DNA of 64,000 nucleotides from Myxococcota bacterium (GTDB lineage: Bacteria; Myxococcota_A; UBA9042; PHBI01; JAWLBL01). Positions 38,933-47,505 of this stretch are shown in pieces (within the stretch, counting starts at the first letter, position 1; each line of letters starts with the position of its first letter). The translations under genes and the position numbers were made by a program. The notes under the pieces were generated by a model. That model saw only the letters and a list, made by a program, of their open reading frames with translations. It was not told the DNA's origin and did not search any database. The stretch lies in assembly GCA_041687695.1 (NCBI GenBank), contig JAWLBL010000017.1:64001-128000 (forward strand), given 5' to 3'.

Positions 38933-40099
38933 ATGTCCAGCTCCAATCGCGAGGTCTTGAGCCTCGTCGTCAAGTTCGACGGGGATACGGCCATCTCCGG
39001 GGACAACGGCTCGGTCGAGACGAAGGATGGCGATCACATCCTTCGGTTCCAGGTCGACCAACGCCTCGACAGCCCTGACTTCTTCTCGCTGGACCTCCAG
39101 ATGCTCAGCGAGGTCGATTTCATGGTGCTCGACAAGGTCAAGCCGGGGATGGCCATCGAGATCTTGGCTGGGTACGACACGGAAGCGACCCTCTTCAAGG
39201 GCGAAGTCAGCTACGTCGAGCCCTTCTTCCCGGCCGACGCCGCAGAGTTCGTCCGGGTGAGCGGCTACGACAAGTCGCATCGGCTGACGCGCGGCACCAG
39301 TAGCCGGACCTGGGGTGACGGCGTTGAGGCCAACGACGAGGTGGGCGCCATCGCTGGCCAGGTCGTCAGCGGATCGAAGGCGCGCAAAGGGAACACGAGC
39401 GATTCGTTGAGCGCCGAGACGGACACGATCTCGACGAAGCTCGAGTACTTGCCGCAGGTCGAGGTGAACGACTATCAGTTCATCCGAGGGCTGGGGCTCG
39501 GGGCGGCCCTCACGATCGACTCGAAGTCGGCGGATGATGCGGCGAAGCTCGGCTTCAAGAAGGTCACGATCACCGGGTCGCCCAAGGTCACCATCTGTCG
39601 CGAACATCCAGAGCCGACCGACGCCCGACAGGTCTTGGACGCTTCGTTCTGTCTGTCGACGGTGAAGCAAGTAGCGCGTGTCGAGGTGCGCGGCTGGAAC
39701 CCGAAGGAGAAGCAGCCGATCCTTGGAGTCGCCGAGGCCGTGAGCGAGGCGTTCGCTGGGACGACCGGCCCTGCGGCTGCAGGCAAGGCCCACTACGGCA
39801 GCAGCAGCAGCGGCCGGGTGCTCACGATTGTCGATCAGCCGGTCGCGTCGACTGAAGAGGCCGAGCTCATCGCCGCGTCGGTGCTCGATCAGCTCGCCAT
39901 GGATTTCGTCACGGCGGACGTGGAGATCGAGGGGGTGCCCGAGCTCATGGCGGGTGACGTCGTCGAGCTCAAGCAGTTCGGAAAGGTCTACAGCGGGACG
40001 TATCTGGCCGAGTCCGTGCAGCACGTCTACTCAGCGGCCGGTGAGATGCCGTACGTCTGCAGGATCAAGCTGGCACGCAACGCGGCGCCCGAAGGCTGA
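38933..40099 (+). CDS. Baseplate hub (phage late control D / gp27-like), no spike domain fused
   Basis: LFKGEV, GYDKSHRLTRG, Q..VNDYQFI, VEVRGWNP, G.PEL.AG.VVEL...SGTY...VQH. Confidence 0.88.
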   Translation: MSSSNREVLSLVVKFDGDTAISGDNGSVETKDGDHILRFQVDQRLDSPDFFSLDLQMLSEVDFMVLDKVKPGMAIEILAGYDTEATLFKGEVSYVEPFFPADAAEFVRVSGYDKSHRLTRGTSSRTWGDGVEANDEVGAIAGQVVSGSKARKGNTSDSLSAETDTISTKLEYLPQVEVNDYQFIRGLGLGAALTIDSKSADDAAKLGFKKVTITGSPKVTICREHPEPTDARQVLDASFCLSTVKQVARVEVRGWNPKEKQPILGVAEAVSEAFAGTTGPAAAGKAHYGSSSSGRVLTIVDQPVASTEEAELIAASVLDQLAMDFVTADVEIEGVPELMAGDVVELKQFGKVYSGTYLAESVQHVYSAAGEMPYVCRIKLARNAAPEG

Positions 40100-40168
40100 G
40101 CCACAGCGCAAGAACGCGAAGTCACGGGGCGGCACCTGTGCGCGAGCGCTCGAATCCTAACAAGAACT

Positions 40169-40201
40169 AGGCCCACCCGCCTCGCGCTGGAGGGCCTTTT
40201 T
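40169..40201 (+). terminator. Intrinsic terminator inside the CIS locus
   Basis: AGGCCC...GGGCCT imperfect stem followed by a T tract. Confidence 0.6.
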
Positions 40202-40240
40202 CGTTGTCGGGACGCGGTGTTGTGTGCATTTGGGGCTCGG

Positions 40241-40268
40241 TTGACAAGGCGCGGTGCTTTCTTATGAT
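40241..40268 (+). promoter_or_regulatory. Internal sigma70-type promoter for the baseplate operon
   Basis: TTGACA-N16-TATGAT. Confidence 0.7.
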
Positions 40269-40294
40269 GCCTCTCGTCCGCGCGGGGAAGAGGA

Positions 40295-40495
40295 GTGGCG
40301 AGCATGGTCTCGGATTCGTATTTGGATGACCTCAGCCTGATCCAGGACGTCCTCGATGAGGTCGCGAACGGTCGAACCGAAGGGCATCCTTGCCCCTTCT
40401 GTGGAGGGGGGCCCCTCGATGTGAAGGCGGACGAGGCCCGCGTCGCGATCAAGTGCCCGGGTTGTCGCAAGACGGTCGAGGGGCGCTTCGCGTAA
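40295..40495 (+). CDS. Small zinc-ribbon protein
   Basis: CPFC...CPGC; AGAGGAG RBS (start GTG 40295 or the ATG three codons later); host-like codon use. Confidence 0.7.
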   Translation: MASMVSDSYLDDLSLIQDVLDEVANGRTEGHPCPFCGGGPLDVKADEARVAIKCPGCRKTVEGRFA

Positions 40496-40520
40496 ACGAG
40501 CGTCGACTCGGGAGGGCGGC

Positions 40521-40919
40521 ATGAAGAACTTCTTGGGGCGCGGGTTTGGATTCCCCGTGGAGGTGGACGCGCACGGCGCCTTCGCCATGGCGGAGTTCGA
40601 AGAGAGCGTCCACCAGTCGGTCCGGATCATCATTGGGACGGCGCCGGGCGAGCGGCTGATGCGTCCAGAGTTCGGGTGCGCCATTCACAACCTGGTCTTC
40701 CATCCGAACGACCCGAACACCTGTGCTCAGGCCGCGATGGCTGTGAACGACGCGCTGGTGAAGTGGGAGCCGCGTATCCGGGACCTGTCCGTGCGGGCCT
40801 ATCCCTCGAGCACCGACGAAAACGCCATCTACATCACGATCGAGTATCGGGTGCGTAGGACGAACAACCTTCACAACCTCGTCTACCCGTTCTTCCTGCG
40901 GAGGGAGCAAGATCTATGA
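40521..40919 (+). CDS. Baseplate gp25/GPW-like sheath initiator
   Basis: FLGRGFGFP, QSVRIIIGTAPGERLMRPEFGC, WEPRI, NLVYPF. Confidence 0.95.
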   Translation: MKNFLGRGFGFPVEVDAHGAFAMAEFEESVHQSVRIIIGTAPGERLMRPEFGCAIHNLVFHPNDPNTCAQAAMAVNDALVKWEPRIRDLSVRAYPSSTDENAIYITIEYRVRRTNNLHNLVYPFFLRREQDL

Positions 40920-43900
40920 TCCCCAGTCCTAACCTCGACGACCGCCGCTGGCAGGACATCGTCGAGGAGGCCGTTCGGCTGATCCCGCAGTACTGCCCCG
41001 AGTGGACGAACTTCAACCCGTCGGATCCCGGCATCACGCTGCTCGAGCTGTTCGCGTGGATGACCGAGATGGCCGTCTACCGGCTCAACCGGGTGCCGGA
41101 GCGGAACTACCTGGCCTTCCTCAACATGATGGGGATCCGGCTCCAGCCTCCACAGCCGGCGCGGTCGCTCGTCCACTTCCAGATCAGCGACAAGATCGAC
41201 CAGGTCCGGATCCCGGCGAACACGCGGGTCGCGACGAAGCCGGCTGGCGACCAGCCCGCCATCGTGTTCGAGACGGAGCGGGACCTGCTGGCCCTCAAGA
41301 ACCAGCTCGTCCGCTGCATGAGCCAGTACGCCCAGCAGTTCTCGGACAACTCGCCGTTCACCGACGGCCAGCGCGGGCCGTTCGAGGTCTTCGGTGGGGC
41401 GAGGAGCATCGAGCGCTACCTGTACCTGGGCGACGACCGCCTGGCCGCGTTCAACGAGGACGCCATCCTGGTCGTTCGGTTCGAGTCGCAGGGCGCCGGC
41501 GAGCGTGAGTTCCACGAGCTGCTGGAGTGGGAGTACTGGGACGGCAGCCGTTGGCGCGAGCTCGTCCGTCCTTCGATGGAGCTCGAGCGCAACTCGGTCG
41601 CGTTCCAGGGCCCGCCCACCTTCGAGAAGACGTCGGTGAACGACGTCGAGAGCTGGTGGATCCGGGGACGCCTGTTCGAGGTCCCGAAGGGCGACGACGA
41701 GACGGTCATCGACACGATCTCGGCGCGCATCGAGGTGCTCGGCGAGGGCGTGCAGCCCGAGCACGCGCTCTGCAACGCCGAAGGCGACATCTACGCGACG
41801 CTCGATCTCGACAAGAACTTCCTGCCCTTCGGCAAGGCGCCGCAGATCGACTCGACGCTCTACCTGAGCGCCGACGAGATCTTGTCGCAGCCCGATACGA
41901 CGGTCCGGGTCGACGTGACCCTCTCGGATCAGTCGGTCGCCGATCGCGCCCGCCCGTCGCACGATCTGCTGCTGCGTTGGGAGTACTTCAGCGGCAAGCG
42001 CTGGAAGGTCCTGGCCAAGGTCAAGGCCGCCGATGGCGCCATCGAGAGCGACTTCGGATTCGTCGACGGCACCAAGTGCTTCAGCGACTCCGGCTCGATC
42101 TCGTTCTCGCGCCCCAAGGACCTGACCGCGACCGAGGTCAACGGGACGGCCGGGCTGTGGATCCGCTGCCGCATCGAGCTCGGCAACTATGGTATCCCGG
42201 GCACCTACGAGCTGGTGGACGACACCTGGATCTGGAAGGACGAGCACCCGCTCAAGCCTCCCACGCTGAAGGGCATCGCCTTCAAGTTCCAGGAGGAGCC
42301 GCACCCGTTCAGCAGCTGCCTCGTGTACAACGACTTCGTCTTCACCGATCACAGCAAGATGGCGGCGACGGAGTACAAGCCGTGGCAGGCCTTCCAGCCG
42401 GTGGCGGAGGAGTCGCCGACCTTGTTCATGGGGTGGTCGGCGCCGTTCCCGAACGAGCCGTGCTCGGTGTTCTTCAACATCGTGGACTCGGAAGGCAAGG
42501 GTGGACGCAACGCGCTGCGCGCCTTCGACGACCGCGCGGATCGTTACGTCGAGCAGCGCGTCGTCTGGGAGTTCTGGGACGGTAAGGGGTGGGCGCCGCT
42601 CGCGCCGAAGGACACCACCGAGAACTTCACCCAGCCGGGCTTCATCGAGTTCGTGGGACCGCCCGAGTTCCGCAAGTCGCGCCGCTTCGGCGAGAGCCTG
42701 TACTGGATGCGGGCGCGCCTCGAGATGGGCGGCTACGACGAAGCGCCTCGCTGCGATCGCATCCTCATCAACGCGACGTACGCGTTGAACGTGACCACCT
42801 ACGGCGACACGCCGCTCGGCTCGAGCCGCGGGACGCCCAACCAGTTCTTCCACTTCCCTCGCGGTCCCGTGCTCGATGGCGAGGCGCTGCTCGTGCGCGA
42901 GCCCGAGCGCCCCCGGGACGAGGATCTCGAGGCCGTCGTCTCCGTCTATGGCGAGGCGGGGATCGCCGAAGACGGCGACGGGCAGGGGTATTGGGTGCGC
43001 TGGCGCCCCGTGGAGAGCATGTTCGACTGCGGCCCCAAGGATCGCGTCTACGTCAAGGACATCTCCACCGGCGAGATCCGGTTCGGAGACGGGGTCCGCG
43101 GCATGATCCCCCCCAAGGGCGACAAGAACATCCGCGCGGGTCGGTTCCAGACGGGCGGTGGTGCGACCGGCAACGTGCCGGCCGAGGCCATCGCCGTGAT
43201 GAAGCAGAACCTGGCCTTCGTCAGCGCAGTGACCAACCCGTATCCGGCCGCTGGCGGCTGCGACATGGAGACGGTCGAGGAGGCCAAGCTCCGCGCGCCA
43301 CACATGCTCAAGGCCCGCAACCGGGCCGTGACGGTCGACGACTTCGAGTGGCTGGCCATGGAGGCCTCCAACTCGGTGGCGCGCGTCAAGTGCCTGCCCT
43401 CGGTCTCGCGCGAGGGTGAGGTGACGGTCATCGTCGTGCCGAAGACCAGCTTCCACGCCTCGCTCGAGGAGAAGCCCGTCCCGACGGCGGAGCTTCTGAA
43501 GAAGGTCCGTGGCTACCTGGCCGAGCGCAAGCTGGTCTCCACCATCGTCAACGTGGTGCGGCCGTCCTACGCCGAGCTGTCGATCGAGGTCGAGATCGTC
43601 CGCATGACGAGCGCGCCGAGCGACCGCATCAAGCGCCAGATCGAGCAGGCGCTGCGCCGATTCCTGCACCCGCTCGTCGGCGGTCGGCAGGGCAAGGGAT
43701 GGCCTTTCGGTCGCGCGGTCCTGAAGGTCGACCTCTACCATGTGGTCGAGCAGGTCGACGGCGTCGACTTCGTCGACAAGATTCGCCTGCGCGACGCCGA
43801 GCGCGGGGTCGAGGTCGAGCAGCTCAAGCTGCTCGACGACCAACTCGTGCACCTCGTGAACGTCACCGTGGTCGAGAAGGCGCATGACCGCATCGTCTGA
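40916..43900 (+). CDS. Baseplate J / gp6-like wedge protein (enlarged)
   Basis: PNLDDR, PEWTNFNPSDPGITLLELFAW, RFGDGVRG.IP, GGG..GNV, RAVT..DFE, FLHPLVGG..G.GWPFGR. Confidence 0.94.
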   Translation: MIPSPNLDDRRWQDIVEEAVRLIPQYCPEWTNFNPSDPGITLLELFAWMTEMAVYRLNRVPERNYLAFLNMMGIRLQPPQPARSLVHFQISDKIDQVRIPANTRVATKPAGDQPAIVFETERDLLALKNQLVRCMSQYAQQFSDNSPFTDGQRGPFEVFGGARSIERYLYLGDDRLAAFNEDAILVVRFESQGAGEREFHELLEWEYWDGSRWRELVRPSMELERNSVAFQGPPTFEKTSVNDVESWWIRGRLFEVPKGDDETVIDTISARIEVLGEGVQPEHALCNAEGDIYATLDLDKNFLPFGKAPQIDSTLYLSADEILSQPDTTVRVDVTLSDQSVADRARPSHDLLLRWEYFSGKRWKVLAKVKAADGAIESDFGFVDGTKCFSDSGSISFSRPKDLTATEVNGTAGLWIRCRIELGNYGIPGTYELVDDTWIWKDEHPLKPPTLKGIAFKFQEEPHPFSSCLVYNDFVFTDHSKMAATEYKPWQAFQPVAEESPTLFMGWSAPFPNEPCSVFFNIVDSEGKGGRNALRAFDDRADRYVEQRVVWEFWDGKGWAPLAPKDTTENFTQPGFIEFVGPPEFRKSRRFGESLYWMRARLEMGGYDEAPRCDRILINATYALNVTTYGDTPLGSSRGTPNQFFHFPRGPVLDGEALLVREPERPRDEDLEAVVSVYGEAGIAEDGDGQGYWVRWRPVESMFDCGPKDRVYVKDISTGEIRFGDGVRGMIPPKGDKNIRAGRFQTGGGATGNVPAEAIAVMKQNLAFVSAVTNPYPAAGGCDMETVEEAKLRAPHMLKARNRAVTVDDFEWLAMEASNSVARVKCLPSVSREGEVTVIVVPKTSFHASLEEKPVPTAELLKKVRGYLAERKLVSTIVNVVRPSYAELSIEVEIVRMTSAPSDRIKRQIEQALRRFLHPLVGGRQGKGWPFGRAVLKVDLYHVVEQVDGVDFVDKIRLRDAERGVEVEQLKLLDDQLVHLVNVTVVEKAHDRIV

Positions 43901-44795
43901 CAACCTCGGCAGCCGCCCAGCGCCGGTCCGGAAGGTCGTCCTTCCGGAGGTGGCCGGGCTGCAGCTCGACGACGCGCGCGTCGTCCTGACGAGCGCGGGG
44001 CTCGACCATGTGCGCGTGCACTACGTCGAGGCGTACGCGGACGAGTTCAGCGTCGTCGAGCAGATCCCGCATCCGGGCATGCTGGTCGACCGCACCCGCG
44101 AGATCACGCTCCACGTCGCGCGCACCAACATGCTGGCGTACCTGCCGCAGGTCTACCAGCAGTCGTCGCCCGGGTTCCTCAAAGGCTACCTGTACATCGT
44201 CCAGACGATCTTCGATCGCCTGTACCAGCGGCTCGACCACATCCACGAGCTGTTCGACCCGCGGACGACGGACCCCGAGTTCCTGCCGTGGCTCGCGAGC
44301 TGGCTGGCTGTCGGGCTCAACCGCGACTGGACCGACCTGCAGACCCGCAAGATGCTGCTCGCGGCGACGCGGCTGTTCCCGTACCGCGGGACGTCGCGCG
44401 CCATCAGCGAGTTCGTCCGCATCTACACGGGGGCGAGCGTCACCATCGAGGAGAACAGCTGGCCGTTCCGGGGGTTCCGGGTCGGCGTGCATTCGACCGT
44501 CGGTGAAGACACGGTCATCTTGCCGGACATGAACCTCGCGCACTGCTTCGTGGTGCGGCTCGATCGGCCGGCCGCGGTCGTCAGCGAGGACGAGATCATC
44601 CGGATCCACGAGATCATCCAGGCGCAGAAGCCGGCTCACACCAGCTACTTCCTCGCGTTCAGCGACGAGGCGGAGTCGGGTGAGATGGGGATGTTCATGG
44701 AGATCGGGACGTCGTCGATCGGGATGGGGATGGGCATCGGCATGGGCGTCGGCGCGGCCGACGTCGTCGCGATGTCAACGTCGGACGGCGAATAG
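43884..44795 (+). CDS. Baseplate gp7 / P2 gpI-like protein with an N-terminal PASTA-like domain
   Basis: VVLPEVAGLQLDDARVVL..AGL...VVEQIP.PG..V...ITLHVA, then LP.VY...FDP..T..EFLPWLASW...RGT...KPAHT. Confidence 0.85.
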   Translation: MTASSDNLGSRPAPVRKVVLPEVAGLQLDDARVVLTSAGLDHVRVHYVEAYADEFSVVEQIPHPGMLVDRTREITLHVARTNMLAYLPQVYQQSSPGFLKGYLYIVQTIFDRLYQRLDHIHELFDPRTTDPEFLPWLASWLAVGLNRDWTDLQTRKMLLAATRLFPYRGTSRAISEFVRIYTGASVTIEENSWPFRGFRVGVHSTVGEDTVILPDMNLAHCFVVRLDRPAAVVSEDEIIRIHEIIQAQKPAHTSYFLAFSDEAESGEMGMFMEIGTSSIGMGMGIGMGVGAADVVAMSTSDGE

Positions 44796-44831
44796 GCGAC
44801 GTAGGGACTAAGAATGGCTCCAGGAGCTGAT

Positions 44832-46367
44832 ATGGCCAACGACACGAAGGGTTATAGCCGGGTCAACTTCTTCACCGGCTTTCAGACGACGGCGGACGAC
44901 TGGAACGACGTCATCCGCTACGACGTCGAGAAGCACAAGCTGCACAACCGGCTCTTCCATGGGCCGGGCGTCGTGCCCTCGGTCGGGGGAGGCCTGAAGG
45001 TCTCGGCGCGCGGTCGCGCGGACCTGTCGGTCGAGGTGTCGCCGGGTTACGCCATCGATGCCTCGGGCAACGATCTCCACCTGGGCGAGCCCGAGATCAA
45101 GACCATCAACCCGGGCGACTTCAAGCTCCCGCAGACGGTCTACGTCGTCCTGAAGTACATCGAGGAGCTGACCGACTTCGTCAGCTACCGGGCCAACCTC
45201 GAGTACAAGGGGCACCGGCGGGTCTCCGAGCGCGTGAAGGTGGAGACGATCATCACCGAGCCGGACATCCGGCACGAGGTGGAGATCGCGCGTATCCACC
45301 TGACCAAGGACGTCCGCCGCATCACGGACGCCAAGGACCCGCTCAATCCGCGCGAGAACGAGATCGATCTGCGGTTCGTGCCCATCGCCGGCGTCGTCGG
45401 CTCGAACCTGTCGCCGGCCGTCCTGCGCGAGCTCGCGGATGTCATCGAGGCGTCCCGGTCGGTCTACGCGCACATGTTCCACAACATGAAGATCCTGCCG
45501 GCGGCGGACGTGGAGCACGCGCTCATCACGCTCGACATGTTCCGGCGGCTCAACCTCATCGACGCGCGCAGCCTGTTCGAGCTGTGGTCGGTCGTCTTCA
45601 ACCTGCAGACGCAGCTGGTCGAGGACGTCGAGCTCAACTACCCGCAGTTCTCGTCGAAGAAGGAGTTCGCCTCCTTCAAGAAGCACGTCGAGCTGCTCGA
45701 GGGCATGTACGCGGAGGGCAAGTTCACCCCCGAGTTCATGACCAACATCCTGGGCTACCAGCGCAAGGGAACCGAGAACCTGACCAGCGTCTTCTCGGCC
45801 AAGGTCAAGGCCAAGCGTCAGGCGGACGCGCCGGCCGCGGCCGCGGCGACGGACGCGGTCTGGGACAAGATCAAGCTCAAGAGCGACGACTTCACCGAGC
45901 TGCTCGAGATCGAGGGGGTCAAGCTCAAGCGGGTCGACGTCATCGATCTGCTCGACAAGACCTCGGAGTCCGGCCACAAGTTCCGCATCGTCGATGCGCG
46001 TGACAAGTACCGGACGCGCCAGAAGCTCAAGTATCCCGACGGGGTCATCGTCGAGGACGTCGGCATCGCCTTCGAGGGCGGCTACGCCGAGTTCGAGGTG
46101 TCGAACGTCACGCCGAACAAGGACCTCATCATGATCACCCGGTTCGACTACGTGCACGGCGACTGGGAGCAGGAGGTCCTCATCAACGGCAAGAAGGTGG
46201 GGACCGAGGTCTGCACCGGCGAGGATCGCAAGTTCCGCTGGCGCAACAGCCCCTTCAAGATCAGCGCCGAGTACGTGACGGACACGTTCCTCAGCGTCCG
46301 CAAGCTGCCGACCACGGCCGAGCGCGACATCAACATGTTCAAGATCTGGTTCTACCAGCCGGCCTGA
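44832..46367 (+). CDS. CIS fibre-like protein: baseplate-attachment N-domain plus jellyroll (carbohydrate-binding-like) C-domain
   Basis: RVNFFTG..T.DDW....Y...K...HNR..HGPGVV...GLKV...VSPGYAID..G; beta-rich C-terminus (EVLINGKKVG...W.N..F.I...WFYQ); AGGAG RBS. Confidence 0.7.
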   Translation: MANDTKGYSRVNFFTGFQTTADDWNDVIRYDVEKHKLHNRLFHGPGVVPSVGGGLKVSARGRADLSVEVSPGYAIDASGNDLHLGEPEIKTINPGDFKLPQTVYVVLKYIEELTDFVSYRANLEYKGHRRVSERVKVETIITEPDIRHEVEIARIHLTKDVRRITDAKDPLNPRENEIDLRFVPIAGVVGSNLSPAVLRELADVIEASRSVYAHMFHNMKILPAADVEHALITLDMFRRLNLIDARSLFELWSVVFNLQTQLVEDVELNYPQFSSKKEFASFKKHVELLEGMYAEGKFTPEFMTNILGYQRKGTENLTSVFSAKVKAKRQADAPAAAAATDAVWDKIKLKSDDFTELLEIEGVKLKRVDVIDLLDKTSESGHKFRIVDARDKYRTRQKLKYPDGVIVEDVGIAFEGGYAEFEVSNVTPNKDLIMITRFDYVHGDWEQEVLINGKKVGTEVCTGEDRKFRWRNSPFKISAEYVTDTFLSVRKLPTTAERDINMFKIWFYQPA

Positions 46368-46560
46368 TCCAGTCGCTCGACGCCCTCACGACCGGCCGCT
46401 CCGAGGATCCTCGGGGCGGCCGGTTCGTTTCGAACGCCAGCCGGTGCCGTGTCCCGGCGGCCGCGAATGTCCCGGCAGTGGTCTTGATCTCTCGTCCCAA
46501 TGCTGCCATCGTCTGGGACAAGGTTTGTTTCGGGGCGACCGGAGACGGTCGTGGGGTGCC

Positions 46561-47187
46561 ATGGTTTGGGACTTCTTGAAGAGCCTCGGCCGGCAGAAGA
46601 TCACCGGCGTCGAGGCCATGGCGAACAGCAAGGCCATGGGCGCCCAGGCGAAAGCCAAGGCGAAGGTCGCCGCCAAGTTCAACAAGGCGGTGGACGGGGC
46701 GACGAACAAGGCCAAGGGCGTCGTCAAGAAGGACAAGAAGCCGGACCAGGCCGCGGACAAGGATGACAAGGGCATGGGATTCTTCTCGAAGAAGAAGGGC
46801 TCCGACGGTCCGGCCCCCCAGGCCGCTCCAGAGCCCGCGGAGTTCGGGGACAAGACGCAGTTCATCCAGGTCGTGGTCGACAAGCCGAAGGAGTGCGTCG
46901 GCTGGGTGGTCGTCCTCAGCGGCCCCCAGAAGGGGCAGGACTTCCGCATCGTCCCTGGCAAGAACGTCCTCGGCACCGCCGCCGATTGCGACATCGTCCT
47001 CACCGACCAGTACCTGTCGGCTCGGCACGCGGTCATCCGCTACGAGGAAGGGACCTTCATGCTCGTCGACCTCGACTCGACGAACGGCACCTTCGTCAAC
47101 GACAGCCGCTGTGCCAAGGAGGAGCTGATCGACAACGATCGCGTTCGCCTGGGCCGTACCGAGCTGAAGTTCAAGTCGCTCTACTGA
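46561..47187 (+). CDS. FHA-domain protein with a Lys/Ala-rich N-terminus
   Basis: GWVVVLSGPQKGQDF...LGT..CDIVL...LSARHA...DLDSTNGTFVN. Confidence 0.9.
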   Translation: MVWDFLKSLGRQKITGVEAMANSKAMGAQAKAKAKVAAKFNKAVDGATNKAKGVVKKDKKPDQAADKDDKGMGFFSKKKGSDGPAPQAAPEPAEFGDKTQFIQVVVDKPKECVGWVVVLSGPQKGQDFRIVPGKNVLGTAADCDIVLTDQYLSARHAVIRYEEGTFMLVDLDSTNGTFVNDSRCAKEELIDNDRVRLGRTELKFKSLY

Positions 47188-47505
47188 CCGGCGACGCGCG
47201 CGGACGCCGAGCTTGGAGGGCGCTCGACCGTTCTCCGACCGTCGCCATCCTGGCCTTTGGTCGGCTCGTGATTCGTGTCGGCGGGGCCGCTGGGTGCGGC
47301 GCGAGGACGAGGCTAGACCGCGGGCCGTTGGGGTGCGCCGCTCGAGGCGGGGATACGCCACCTGAGCAAACGGCCCGCGGGGCGTTGACCGCGCGGTCTA
47401 TCTCCGCGATTGTATGGGCCGTCCATGGCCCGAACGGGCTGCTCGCGGGCGGGGAACGTGGGCCGTGGCCCCAATCGGAACGTGACGAGGCTGAGGAGGC
47501 GCATC

